The notes under the pieces: model-generated
What the model saw: the letters and a program-made list of their open reading frames with translations, nothing else
Told to the model about the DNA's origin: nothing
Database searches by the model: none
In this document: positions 30,296-40,246 of the stretch, in pieces
How the letters are laid out: every line of letters begins with the position of its first letter
Position numbering within the stretch: position 1 is the stretch's first letter
NCBI GenBank assembly: GCA_947449015.1
Contig: CANFQA010000002.1
Location: 13,855-77,854 of the forward strand
Direction: 5' to 3'
DNA from: Microthrixaceae bacterium
GTDB lineage: Bacteria; Actinomycetota; Acidimicrobiia; Acidimicrobiales; Acidimicrobilacustridaceae
Length of the DNA stretch: 64,000 nt
Translations under genes and position numbers: made by a program

Positions 30296-31188
30296 TGGGT
30301 TCGCAGCCCGACGGCACGGTGTCGTGGCGCAACCTGCAGGCTGAGGCCGAACGAGCCCTCGGCGCGGTCAGCGATTCACCTGCGATTGATGCCCGCCGAA
30401 TCGTCGAGCGTGCATCGGGTCTTGAGGGAGCGCAGTACGTGCTCGGTCTTGATGATCTCGCCACCGAACGAGGCGTGCACTTCTTCGATCTCATGCTCGA
30501 GCGCCGGGTGCATGGTGAGCCCCTGCAGTATGTGGTGGGCAGTTGGGGATTTCGCTATCTGGATCTGCTTGTGGATCAGCGAGTCCTCATTCCTCGGCCC
30601 GAAACCGAGTCAGTGGTGGAGTTTGCATTGGTCGAGCTTGATGCCATGCGTGTTGGCGAGCCGGGTCGTTCGCTAGTGGCAGTTGATCTGGGAACAGGGT
30701 CGGGAGCGATCGGACTGTCCATCGCATTCGAGCGCGAGCGTGTGGATGTGTGGCTCACCGATGCATCGGAAGATGCGCTTTCAGTTGCCCGCGCCAATCT
30801 TGCCGGCCTCGGTCGCGCCGCCCCCCGGGTTTCCATCGCGCCAGCCGGGGAGTGGTTCGCCTCGTTACCTGCGCAACTGCGGGGTCAGATTGATCTCATC
30901 GTGTCGAACCCGCCCTATGTCGCGGATTCCGATGAGTTGCCCGCGGTGGTGCGCGACTGGGAACCGGCCTCAGCACTGTTCGCCGGAGCTGACGGTCTCG
31001 ATGATCTGCGGGTGATCGTGGCCGAGGCGCCGAGCTGGTTGTCACCTGCTGGATCGCTGGTGGTCGAACTGGCTCCGACTCAGGCCGAGGCCTTCGCAGC
31101 GCTTGCCCGCGAGGCTGGGTTTGCTGAGGTTGAGATCAAGCAGGATCTCACCGGACGCGACCGTGCGGTGATCTGCCGACGGGGCTGA
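30295..31188 (+). CDS. prmC: Release factor glutamine methyltransferase
   Basis: EPLQY, VLIPRPETE, DLGTGSGAI, VSNPPY and QDLTGRDR; follows prfA. Confidence 0.95.
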   Translation: MGSQPDGTVSWRNLQAEAERALGAVSDSPAIDARRIVERASGLEGAQYVLGLDDLATERGVHFFDLMLERRVHGEPLQYVVGSWGFRYLDLLVDQRVLIPRPETESVVEFALVELDAMRVGEPGRSLVAVDLGTGSGAIGLSIAFERERVDVWLTDASEDALSVARANLAGLGRAAPRVSIAPAGEWFASLPAQLRGQIDLIVSNPPYVADSDELPAVVRDWEPASALFAGADGLDDLRVIVAEAPSWLSPAGSLVVELAPTQAEAFAALAREAGFAEVEIKQDLTGRDRAVICRRG

Positions 31189-31236
31189 TCTCGCGGCGGC
31201 GGCCTGCGAACCTTTCAGACCAACCTACGATGCGGC

Positions 31237-32076
31237 GTGGCCATCGCCCTTGCACTCATCTCCTCGGTCCTGTGGGGCACCTCGGACTTCATTGGCGGAA
31301 CGGTCTCAAAACGGATTCCTTCGTCCACGGTGCTGCTGTGGTCCAGCCTTGCCGCGCTTCCCTTCATGGCTGTGGTGGCTCTTGCTACCGGCAACTTGCA
31401 CTTCTCCGGCACCACAGTCGGCTGGGGGATCGTGGCTGGAGTCTCCTGCTCCCTTGGGATCGTGGCGCTGTATCAGGCGCTGGCCACCGGCATCATGGGT
31501 GTCGTGGCGCCGATTGCCAGCACCTCGGTGCTGGTCCCGGTCGTGGTGGGGTTCGCTCGGGGTGAGGGTCCCGGGCCGATGCGGTCGGCTGGTATCGCGA
31601 TCGCCATCATCGGGGTAATCCTCGCCGGCGGTCCGCATCTGCGGCTGTTTCGCACCGGTGGGCACCGCCCGATTCTGCTTGCCCTCATTGCCGCGCTGGG
31701 TATTGGCATCTCACTGCTCGCAGTGGCGAATGGCAGTAGCGACAACGCGCTCTCAACGCTGCTGGTGATGCGCATCGTCTATCCGGTGCTGTTGATCGTC
31801 GTGGTTATCGTCACCCGTGCTCCTCGCGTCGCCGGTCGCGGCAATGTGTTGCCCGCCGCAGTCGCCGGCATCGGTGACGCGCTTGCCGTCACGCTCTACG
31901 GCGTGGCCACGCGCAGCGGCGCGCTGCCGGTCGTCGCCGCGCTGTCCTCGCTGTTCCCTGTCACGACGTTGGTGCTTGCTCGCCAGATCGAACATGAACG
32001 TCTCGAACGCGAGCAGGCCATCGGGGTGGCGTTGGCACTGGTCGGTGTACTCATCGTGGTGACGAGCGGCAGCTAG
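31237..32076 (+). CDS. EamA/DMT family transporter
   Basis: LWGTSDFIGG start, ten TM helices in two repeats and SSLFPVTTLVLAR. Confidence 0.87.
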   Translation: MAIALALISSVLWGTSDFIGGTVSKRIPSSTVLLWSSLAALPFMAVVALATGNLHFSGTTVGWGIVAGVSCSLGIVALYQALATGIMGVVAPIASTSVLVPVVVGFARGEGPGPMRSAGIAIAIIGVILAGGPHLRLFRTGGHRPILLALIAALGIGISLLAVANGSSDNALSTLLVMRIVYPVLLIVVVIVTRAPRVAGRGNVLPAAVAGIGDALAVTLYGVATRSGALPVVAALSSLFPVTTLVLARQIEHERLEREQAIGVALALVGVLIVVTSGS

Positions 32077-32082
32077 CGAATC

Positions 32083-33033
32083 TCAGAAGTGCCAGGGGAA
32101 GCTCGACCAGTCGGGGTCGCGCTTCTCGAGGAAGGAGTCGCGCCCCTCGGCGGCTTCATCGGTCATGTAGGCGAGTCGGGTGGCTTCGCCGGCGAACACC
32201 TGCTGGCCCACAAGTCCATCGTCAATGAGGTTGAACGAGAACTTGAGCATGCGCTGCGCAGTAGGGCTCTTGCCGTTGATGAGACGACCCCACTCGAGCG
32301 CGGTGGCTTCGAGTTCGGCATGGGGCACGACCTCGTTGACCATGCCCATGCGATACGCCTGCTCAGCGGTGTACTCGCGGCCGAGGAAGAAGATCTCGCG
32401 GGCGAATTTCTGGCCGACCTGACGGGCCAGATAGGCCGAGCCGAACCCGCCGTCGAAACTGGCGACGTCAGCGTCGGTTTGCTTGAACCGGGCGTGCTCG
32501 GCACTGGCAAGTGTGAGATCGGCCACGACGTGGAGGCTGTGGCCCCCGCCGGCGGCCCAACCCGGAACCACGCAGATCACGACTTTGGGCATGAAGCGAA
32601 TGAGTCGCTGCACCTCGAGGATGTGAAGCCGTCCGGTGCGGGCCGGATCGATGGACTCGGAGGTCTCACCTTCGGCATATCGATAACCATCGCGACCGCG
32701 GATTCGCTGATCACCACCTGAGCAGAACGCCCAGCCGCCGTCTTTGGGAGAGGGGCCGTTGCCGGTGAGCAGGACGCAACCGACATCGCTCGACATTCGC
32801 GCATGGTCGAGAACCCGGTAGAGCTCGTCGACGGTCTGCGGGCGGAACGCGTTGCGGATTTCGGGTCGATCAAAGGCCACCCGCACGGTGCCGTGGTCGT
32901 TTGCCCGGTGGTAGGTGATGTCGGTCAGGTCGTCGAAACCGGGGACGACAGTCCATGACCTGGGGTCGAAGATCTCAGAGACCACAATTTCTCCGTTCGC
33001 AATGGGCGAGATACGCATACCATCTTCCCCCAC
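32083..33033 (-). CDS. menB: 1,4-dihydroxy-2-naphthoyl-CoA synthase
   Basis: DITYH, FDRPEIRNAFRP, FCSGGDQRIRG, RLHILEVQRLIR, FDGGFGSAYLARQVGQKFAREIFF. Confidence 0.96.
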   Translation of the reverse strand: MGEDGMRISPIANGEIVVSEIFDPRSWTVVPGFDDLTDITYHRANDHGTVRVAFDRPEIRNAFRPQTVDELYRVLDHARMSSDVGCVLLTGNGPSPKDGGWAFCSGGDQRIRGRDGYRYAEGETSESIDPARTGRLHILEVQRLIRFMPKVVICVVPGWAAGGGHSLHVVADLTLASAEHARFKQTDADVASFDGGFGSAYLARQVGQKFAREIFFLGREYTAEQAYRMGMVNEVVPHAELEATALEWGRLINGKSPTAQRMLKFSFNLIDDGLVGQQVFAGEATRLAYMTDEAAEGRDSFLEKRDPDWSSFPWHF

Positions 33034-33080
33034 GGAGCGCGTTCAGCGTTCATTCGACGGAATCACCCCGTGGAGGACCC

Positions 33081-33509
33081 ATGTTCGGAAAGCGATGCAA
33101 GGCCGAGAACGCCGCTGATCGCCTGCGTCCACTCGAGTTCTTCGAGGGATTCAGCGATGCTGACCTTGACCGCGTGGGCGAACTTGCCGATGACGTCGAG
33201 GCTGAGACCGGCGCTGTGATCATCGATCAGGGTCGGGTTGGACAGCAGTGCTACATCATCGAATCCGGATATGCCGGTGTCTACGTAGCCGAAGAGCACA
33301 TCGTCACGCTTGGCCCAGGCTCGATGGTGGGGGAGATGGCGCTTATCGACCGCCGCCCGCGCACCGCAACTGTCATCGCCGAGTCGCCGATTCGACTGCT
33401 TGAGTTCGATACGCGTGCATTCCGAACACTTCTTGCCGAGATGCCGATGGCTGAGGAGCGCGTGCTTACCCTGCTCGCCGATCGCATCAAGGCCAACAAG
33501 GCTGTTTGA
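33081..33509 (+). CDS. Stand-alone cyclic nucleotide-binding domain protein
   Basis: GAVIIDQG, CYIIESG and phosphate-binding cassette GEMALIDRRPRTATV; no HTH follows. GGAGGA RBS. Confidence 0.87.
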   Translation: MFGKRCKAENAADRLRPLEFFEGFSDADLDRVGELADDVEAETGAVIIDQGRVGQQCYIIESGYAGVYVAEEHIVTLGPGSMVGEMALIDRRPRTATVIAESPIRLLEFDTRAFRTLLAEMPMAEERVLTLLADRIKANKAV

Positions 33510-33518
33510 GTTTTCGAG

Positions 33519-35051
33519 TTAGGCGAGTTCGATCTCGCCACTCGCGCTGCGACTGGCGGCACGACCAATGAGATCGACGGTTGCCACTGCATCCATAAAT
33601 GCCGGTTCCGCGCTGTGGCACCAGGTGCGGTTCCCATTCGGAGTGCGAGCGGCGACAAGGGCATGTGTGGGTCCGCTGCGTTCATGGGCCACGGTTGCGC
33701 TCTCGATCGTGACCGGTCCGATCCATGCATCGTCGAGCTCGACCCGGGGGAGAGCATCGACCTCCGCCTGCGGTTCGCTGTAGCCGTACGCGCCGCGTCG
33801 TGGTGGCGCCGTCGAAAGCACAAGCACCGCGTGTTCAGTCGTGTAGCCGCCGTTTGCGGTGCACAGGCCGATCGAGCCTGGATCATGGCGCAGTACGTCC
33901 ACCATCGTGGCGACGCCATGGCTCGTGTAGTCGTTCCACGGTCCGCCGGCGAAGCTCATCCCACCAGTAACTGTCAAGGGCAACCGGGCGCCGACACCAC
34001 CCCATCCATTGCCATTGGCGTTTGGATCATCGACGAGGCCGAGTTCGATGGCTCCGATCTGCACGGCGGCGGGGAAGCAGGAGTAGAGATCGGCATGATC
34101 GATTTCATCGACGGTGATGCCAGCGAGAGCGAACGCGTCACGACCGGCGAGACGAAGCGCTGGGGAACTGCAGAGATCAACTCGGTTCGACACATTCCAG
34201 TGATCGACTGCTTCGGTGCCGGCGTGCAGGAACACCCACCGGTCACGCGGTACGCCAGCAGCCTGCGCTGCTGCCACTGAGGTGATGATCAAGCCAGAGC
34301 CCTGATCAACCTGATTATTCGAACAGAGACGCTTTGTGTAGGGGAACGAAATCATGCGGTTGTCATCGGACACCGTGGCGATCTCATCGGGGCTGAACCC
34401 CGATTGAATCCAAGCCTGCGGATTGTTCCGGGCCACCTCAGCAAAGGCCGACCACAGGGTGCCGAGTCGCTGCTGGTGCTGATCGATGGTGAGACCCAGC
34501 CGAGCGCGAAGTGCGTTCTCGAACAGGGGATAGATGTGCACGGGCATGACGACGCCGCGACCGGCTTCAACCTCATTCGCCAGGGGTCGTTCGTCGCCGA
34601 TCGCTGTTGGCGAAGGGGTGTCTTCTGCTTGGACGGTCCATTCGGGTTTTGCGCCGGCTGCTTTTGCCATGGAGACCGAGCGAGTTGCCTCGCCACCGCA
34701 GAGCACGATGACCTCGGCGTCGCCGGCCTGAATCTCTGCTGCGGCCCGGGCGATCATCACCCCGGCGAGGTTGCCGCCCATCACCGATGTGGCCAACTCG
34801 CCCGGATGTGCACCGATGGCTTCAGCCACCAGCGCGGCAACGTTGCGATAGCGCCAGGACAGCTGCGAGACCGTGCGAACTGCATCGGCTGCTGCCAGAA
34901 GTCCGGTGCCTCCGCTGTCGAGTTCAGCCTGACGCAATGCCTCAATCATGAGGTCGGCTGGTTCGAGCGAGGTTTGGCCGCGATCGGGTCGAATGGTGAT
35001 CTGCCCGACTCCAACGATCACGGGAAGACGGGGATCAAGTTCTTCTGTCAC
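33519..35051 (-). CDS. Thiolase-like (acetyl-CoA acetyltransferase family) protein with C-terminal extension
   Basis: PVIVGVGQ, VLCGGEA, FPYTKRLCSNNQVDQG, DLYSCFPAAVQ, TVTGGMSFAGGPWNDY. Start moved to GTG 35051. Confidence 0.82.
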   Translation of the reverse strand: MTEELDPRLPVIVGVGQITIRPDRGQTSLEPADLMIEALRQAELDSGGTGLLAAADAVRTVSQLSWRYRNVAALVAEAIGAHPGELATSVMGGNLAGVMIARAAAEIQAGDAEVIVLCGGEATRSVSMAKAAGAKPEWTVQAEDTPSPTAIGDERPLANEVEAGRGVVMPVHIYPLFENALRARLGLTIDQHQQRLGTLWSAFAEVARNNPQAWIQSGFSPDEIATVSDDNRMISFPYTKRLCSNNQVDQGSGLIITSVAAAQAAGVPRDRWVFLHAGTEAVDHWNVSNRVDLCSSPALRLAGRDAFALAGITVDEIDHADLYSCFPAAVQIGAIELGLVDDPNANGNGWGGVGARLPLTVTGGMSFAGGPWNDYTSHGVATMVDVLRHDPGSIGLCTANGGYTTEHAVLVLSTAPPRRGAYGYSEPQAEVDALPRVELDDAWIGPVTIESATVAHERSGPTHALVAARTPNGNRTWCHSAEPAFMDAVATVDLIGRAASRSASGEIELA

Positions 35052-35169
35052 GCCTGAACGGTAACTGGGCGCAATGGCGTCACTACAATCCCCACCACGA
35101 CGCGTTGGTCGACTGCCCCGCAACACGGTGGCACCAGCTTCCAGCGCCGCACCAAGGGAGACCCTCGCC

Positions 35170-36411
35170 ATGCCCTGGCCCGCCGACAACGACAGCGCAG
35201 TGTTCGACCTCATTGATGCCGAGGTCGAACGACAGAACACCACGCTGCAGCTGATCGCTTCGGAGAACTTCACCTCGCCTGCGGTCATTCGCGCCACGGG
35301 GTCGGTTCTGACCAACAAGTATTCCGAGGGCTACCCGGGGAAGCGCTACTACGGCGGCAATCTCATCGTCGACGACATCGAAGATCTCGCTCGAGATCGC
35401 GTCAAGGCGCTCTTCGGCGCCGATCACGCCAATGTGCAGCCGCATTCGGGTGCGAACGCCAACCTCGGTGTGTACCTCGCGCTGCTGAAGCAGGGCGACA
35501 CGGTGATGGGTCTCAGTCTCGATCATGGCGGCCATCTCACCCATGGCTCGCCGGTCAACATCTCCGGGCTCTTCTACAACTTTGTCTCCTACGGCGTCAC
35601 TCCTTCTGATGAGCGCATCGATTACGACGAGATCCGTGACACCGCGCTGCGTGAACGACCCAAGATGATCATCGCCGGGGCCACTGCGTATCCGCGCATC
35701 ATCGACCCCGCGCCCATTCGTGCCATCGCTGATGAGGTGGGTGCGCTGTTCATGTTCGACGCCGCACATATCGCTGGTCTCATCGCCGGTGGGGTGCATC
35801 CCAACCCGGTGCCCTATGCCGACGTCGTCACGTTCACGACGCATAAGACGCTGCGTGGACCTCGCGGTGGTTGCATCCTCTCCACCGCTGAGCACGCGGC
35901 GGCAATCGACAAGGCGATCTTCCCCGGTTTGCAGGGTGGACCGCTTGAGCACGCCATCGCTGGCAAGGCCGTGGCCTTCCGTGAGGCTGCCGATCCGTCA
36001 TTCAAGGGATACGCCGAGCAGATCGTGCGCAACGCCGCAGCCCTTGCAGAAGCATTGGCCAAAGAAGGGTTCCGTCTTGTGTCCGGTGGCACTGACAACC
36101 ACCTACTTCTTCTCGATCTGCGTAACTTCGATGCCGAACTCACCGGCAAGGAAGCGCAGGCGGTGCTCGATCAGGCCGGCATCACTCTCAACAAAAACAC
36201 AATTCCCGATGATCCTCGCTCACCGTTTGTCACCAGTGGTGTGCGCATCGGTACCCCTGCAGTCACCACCCAGGGCATGACCGAACCGGAGATGGTCGAG
36301 ATCGCATCGCTCATCTCTCGCGCGCTGCGTAACCGCACCGACGACTCGGCTCTGGCGGCAGTTCGCGACGACGTGGCCGTGCTCTGTTCCAAGTTCACGC
36401 CATACGGCTGA
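35170..36411 (+). CDS. glyA: Serine hydroxymethyltransferase
   Basis: [43 protein letters not shown] and SGVRIGTPA. Confidence 0.98.
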   Translation: MPWPADNDSAVFDLIDAEVERQNTTLQLIASENFTSPAVIRATGSVLTNKYSEGYPGKRYYGGNLIVDDIEDLARDRVKALFGADHANVQPHSGANANLGVYLALLKQGDTVMGLSLDHGGHLTHGSPVNISGLFYNFVSYGVTPSDERIDYDEIRDTALRERPKMIIAGATAYPRIIDPAPIRAIADEVGALFMFDAAHIAGLIAGGVHPNPVPYADVVTFTTHKTLRGPRGGCILSTAEHAAAIDKAIFPGLQGGPLEHAIAGKAVAFREAADPSFKGYAEQIVRNAAALAEALAKEGFRLVSGGTDNHLLLLDLRNFDAELTGKEAQAVLDQAGITLNKNTIPDDPRSPFVTSGVRIGTPAVTTQGMTEPEMVEIASLISRALRNRTDDSALAAVRDDVAVLCSKFTPYG

Positions 36412-36431
36412 GCGAACAGCGAATCTGACTC

Positions 36432-37568
36432 GTGCCCACGCTCGGCGCTTATGGAGTAATCCTCGCCGTCGTGGCCGGGACCACGTTCGCGTCGTTGTTT
36501 GCTGTGCGTCGGCTCTCGGTCCGCATTGGCGCAGTGGTGCGCCCCGACGAACGACGCGTGCATGAACGACCCACCCCCACACTTGGCGGCGTGTCGATGC
36601 TCCTGGGCGTCGTTGCGGGTATTGCAGTGGCTTGGGCAATGGGATCGTTCGATGCCATCTTCGAAGGCAGTACCGAACCGTTGGGTTTGGTGCTCGCCGC
36701 AGTGCTCATCGCCGGGGTGGGCATCATTGATGATCTCCGCGATGTTTCTGCGCCGGCCAAGTTGGCCGGCATGGTTGTCGCCGCCAGCGTTCTGGTCATC
36801 TCCGGCATTTCGATCCTGGTGTTCCGTGTGCCATTCGCGGGCGTGTTTGTGCTCTCAACCGACTGGTCGTATCTGCTGTCGGTGCTTTGGGTGGTGGGCA
36901 TGGCCAATGCCATCAACCTCATTGACGGCCTTGACGGTCTGGCCGGTGGGATCGTGGCGATCGCCGCGGGAACGTTCTTCCTCTACGCCCATCAGCTCAG
37001 CGGCGAGGGACTGCTCGGGGCCGGCAATATCGGTCCGCTCATCGCGATTGTCGTTCTTGGTGCCTGCGTCGGCTTTCTGCCCCACAACATTCATCCGGCG
37101 AAGATCTTCATGGGAGATGGGGGAGCGCTGTTGCTCGGTCTGCTTATGGCGGCTTCGACCATGGTGGTCGGGGGTCGAACCGATCGCAGCTTCTCGGGCA
37201 GTTCGTTCTTCTTCTTCGCCCCGCTGTTCATCCCACTGGTGATCCTCGGCGTGCCGGTGATTGACACGTTGTTCGCGATCATTCGCCGGGCCCGTCATCG
37301 GTCGGGTATCTCCACCGCCGATAAGGGACACCTTCACCATCGGCTTATGGATCTCGGCCACGGTCACCGGCGCAGCGTGTTCATCCTGTGGACCTGGACC
37401 GCCCTTTTGTCAGGGTTCGTTCTCTGGCCGATCTACAGCCGCTCTGGAGATGGCGTGGTGCCGTTCGGCATTGCCGCGATCCTGCTGAGCCTCTACACGA
37501 TCCTGCATCCCGGAGTCCGGACCGGCCGTCGACGAGTCGGTGAATCCACAGGTGATTCCAGCCAGTGA
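36432..37568 (+). CDS. MraY-family undecaprenyl/decaprenyl-phosphate GlcNAc-1-phosphate transferase (WecA/TagO/Rfe-like)
   Basis: PTLGG, GIIDD, NAINLIDGLDGLAGG, FMGDGG, DTLFAIIRR and ADKGHLHHRL. Confidence 0.92.
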   Translation: MPTLGAYGVILAVVAGTTFASLFAVRRLSVRIGAVVRPDERRVHERPTPTLGGVSMLLGVVAGIAVAWAMGSFDAIFEGSTEPLGLVLAAVLIAGVGIIDDLRDVSAPAKLAGMVVAASVLVISGISILVFRVPFAGVFVLSTDWSYLLSVLWVVGMANAINLIDGLDGLAGGIVAIAAGTFFLYAHQLSGEGLLGAGNIGPLIAIVVLGACVGFLPHNIHPAKIFMGDGGALLLGLLMAASTMVVGGRTDRSFSGSSFFFFAPLFIPLVILGVPVIDTLFAIIRRARHRSGISTADKGHLHHRLMDLGHGHRRSVFILWTWTALLSGFVLWPIYSRSGDGVVPFGIAAILLSLYTILHPGVRTGRRRVGESTGDSSQ

Positions 37569-37582
37569 AAACCTGACAGAAC

Positions 37583-37611
37583 TTGCGGAAATGGCGTGCA
37601 TCGCCTACTTT
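37583..37611 (+). promoter_or_regulatory. Candidate sigma-A promoter of the atp operon
   Basis: TTGCGG-17 nt-TACTTT. Confidence 0.6.
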
Positions 37612-37627
37612 GCGATTCTCTTCACAA
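37610..37627. promoter_or_regulatory. Candidate Rex (NADH/NAD+ sensor) operator overlapping the atp promoter
   Basis: TTGCGAT-TCTC-TTCACAA versus consensus TTGTGAA-N4-TTCACAA (12/14 match). Confidence 0.5.
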
Positions 37628-37715
37628 GCCCAGTGGGTCGGTCTGGTACCACCCCAGGCATGCCCCGTTGAACAGGTCAATCATGGACGTCGGGGTGACC
37701 CGGAGGATGGACGCA

Positions 37716-37961
37716 GTGGCCGTGTCGAACAAGCGCGAGATCTCCGAGCAGATGGGTCGAGCCACCGGTGGCTACGAGCTCGCGCTTTCTCCGCTGCTGC
37801 TTGCCCTCATCGGCTACGGCCTTGACCGTCTCTTCGGAACAGTTCCGGTCCTCACCATCGTGCTGGCTTCCGTCGGACTCATCGGCGTCGTCGTCAAGAT
37901 CTACTTCCAGTACCGCTCAGAGATGGAAGAGCACGCAAAGAACGGACCGTGGGCCCGATGA
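37716..37961 (+). CDS. AtpZ/AtpI family small protein
   Basis: ELALSPLLLALIGYGLDRLFGTVP pattern with two TM helices, first gene of the atp operon. Start uncertain (37683/37707/37716). Confidence 0.8.
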   Translation: MAVSNKREISEQMGRATGGYELALSPLLLALIGYGLDRLFGTVPVLTIVLASVGLIGVVVKIYFQYRSEMEEHAKNGPWAR

Positions 37962-38431
37962 TTCCATCGTCGATGCCGTCACCGTCCGCAGTCGAAGGCA
38001 CCGCGCCCGAAGCGATCATTGCTCGCGACATCGCCAAGCGTGCGGCCATGATCGCTCCGATCTTCATCCTCGTGTTCGGTCTCATCTGGGGCATGAACGG
38101 GGCGTATTCCACCGCCTACGGACTCGCAATCGTGGTTTGCAATTTTGCTCTGGCTGGGGCGCTATTGTCTTGGTCTGCAAGTATCTCGCCGGGCCTGATG
38201 ATGGGTGTAGCGCTGTTCGGTTACCTCATTCGCCTGGCGCTTATCTTTCTGGCCATCTGGCTGGTTCGCGGTGCATCGTGGGTGGCGCTCGTGCCACTCG
38301 GTATCACGATCATCTCGGCTCACCTGGGCCTGCTGTTCTGGGAGATGAAGTACATCTCAGCCTCCCTCGCCTTTCCGGCCCTCAAGCCTTCCTCGCCCAA
38401 GCCTGTCTCCAAGGAGTCTTCCGCATCGTGA
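37958..38431 (+). CDS. atpI: ATP synthase protein I (UncI-like)
   Basis: Four TM helices, located between atpZ-like gene and atpB with ATGA/GTGA overlaps. Confidence 0.75.
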   Translation: MIPSSMPSPSAVEGTAPEAIIARDIAKRAAMIAPIFILVFGLIWGMNGAYSTAYGLAIVVCNFALAGALLSWSASISPGLMMGVALFGYLIRLALIFLAIWLVRGASWVALVPLGITIISAHLGLLFWEMKYISASLAFPALKPSSPKPVSKESSAS

Positions 38432-39195
38432 TCTTCGGACTCGAGTTCCCACCGATTCAGAACCTCGTCGAATGGCCGAACTGGTTCGGCCCCGAGGGGT
38501 CCTGGTACGGCTTCAATAAGATCGCGTTCATCAACGTGATCGCGTTGGTTGCCACAACCTCGCTGTTCTTCATCGCCGGTCGGTCGAAGTCGCTGGTTCC
38601 CAAGGGAGCAAAGAACCTTGTGGAGTCCGCAGTCGACTTCATCCGTGACGGCATCGTGCTCGAGACCATGGGGCCCGAGGGCATCAAGTACTTGCCCTAT
38701 CTGGTGAGCCTTTTCTTCTTCATCCTCATCACGAACATCTTCGAGGTCATCCCGTTCTTCCATATGCCGGGTAATGCCCGCATGGCTGGTCCTGCGGTGC
38801 TCGCCCTGTTGACTTGGGCCTACTACATCGCTGTCGGAATCAAGCACCAGGGTCCGAAGTACTTCATCAACGCCATTGCGCCCGCCGGTGTCCCCAAGGC
38901 GCTGTTGCCGCTCGTGATCCCGATTGAGTTCCTCTCAACCTTCATCGTTCGGCCCTTCTCGCTGGCCGTGCGTCTGTTCGCCAACATGCTTGCCGGTCAC
39001 ATTCTTCTCGTGACCTTCAGCGTGCTCTGTATCACGCTGTTCACGGCGTCGCTCTTGGCGATCGTCCTGCCACTCTCGTTCGCCATGCTCGTGGGCCTCA
39101 CCGGCTTCGAGATCATGGTGGCGTTCCTGCAGGCCTACATCTTCACCATCCTGGCCGCCGTGTACATCGGCAGCTCGATGCACGCCGAACACTGA
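38428..39195 (+). CDS. atpB: ATP synthase Fo subunit a
   Basis: IEFLSTFIVRPFSLAVRLFANMLAGH (conserved Arg) and FEIMVAFLQAYIFTILAAVY. Start GTG 38428. Confidence 0.96.
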   Translation: MIFGLEFPPIQNLVEWPNWFGPEGSWYGFNKIAFINVIALVATTSLFFIAGRSKSLVPKGAKNLVESAVDFIRDGIVLETMGPEGIKYLPYLVSLFFFILITNIFEVIPFFHMPGNARMAGPAVLALLTWAYYIAVGIKHQGPKYFINAIAPAGVPKALLPLVIPIEFLSTFIVRPFSLAVRLFANMLAGHILLVTFSVLCITLFTASLLAIVLPLSFAMLVGLTGFEIMVAFLQAYIFTILAAVYIGSSMHAEH

Positions 39196-39567
<372 letters not shown>

Positions 39568-39662
39568 TCCACTGTTCGGGTGTTGTGCCCTCCCCTTCGG
39601 GGGAGGGTCGACCCAGATAGTCCTTCCTTCCGCACGACGACGCACGCCTCAAGGAGTTCTCT

Positions 39663-40229
39663 GTGCTCGCTCTCGTACGGGTCCTCGCTGAAGCCGCCGC
39701 CACTGATGTCCAGCAGGCGACGGAAACCGCAGCGAAGAACCCGATCCTTCCGACAATCAACGAGATGTTCTGGGCAGCAGTTGTCTTCTTGCTGCTCTGG
39801 GCCCTCATGAAGTTCGTTCTGCTCCCGCCCATCACCAAGTTGATGGCCGCTCGGGCCGACACCGTCCGGGGCGACCTCCAGGCTGCTGAAGCTGCCGAGG
39901 CGCAACGGGTCTCCCGACTCTCCGACTACGAGGCCGGCCTTGCCGGGGCTCGTTCTGAGGCCATCGGGATCATCGAGCAGGCCCGCAGCGAGGGCGATGC
40001 CGAACGGCGCGTGCAGATCACGGCAGCCGATGCCGAGGTCGCCACGCTTCGCGCCGACGCTGCAGCCGAGATCGCCGCCGCCAAGGTGCGAGCCCGGGCC
40101 GAACTCACCTCATCGATCACTGACATCGCTGTCGGTGCCGCCGAGGCGGTCGTCCAGAAGCCCATCGATCGTGCGTCACAAACCGCACTGGTCGAGGACT
40201 ACGTCAGCCGTTCCGGCTCCCAGAACTGA
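39663..40229 (+). CDS. atpF: ATP synthase Fo subunit b-type (first copy, b')
   Basis: NPILPTINEMFW, one TM helix and an Ala/Glu-rich coiled coil. Confidence 0.88.
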   Translation: MLALVRVLAEAAATDVQQATETAAKNPILPTINEMFWAAVVFLLLWALMKFVLLPPITKLMAARADTVRGDLQAAEAAEAQRVSRLSDYEAGLAGARSEAIGIIEQARSEGDAERRVQITAADAEVATLRADAAAEIAAAKVRARAELTSSITDIAVGAAEAVVQKPIDRASQTALVEDYVSRSGSQN

Positions 40230-40246
40230 TCGGCACAGGAGACGAC

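Noticed and set aside
35052-35169. ZTP (pfl) or glycine riboswitch upstream of glyA
   Set aside because: The interval is short and I could not find the conserved ZTP or glycine aptamer motifs. An Rfam scan would settle it.
37768-38427. Apparent 220-aa N-terminal extension of AtpB in the ORF track
   Set aside because: This region encodes AtpZ-like and AtpI in other frames; the AtpB start fits GTG 38428, overlapping the atpI stop.
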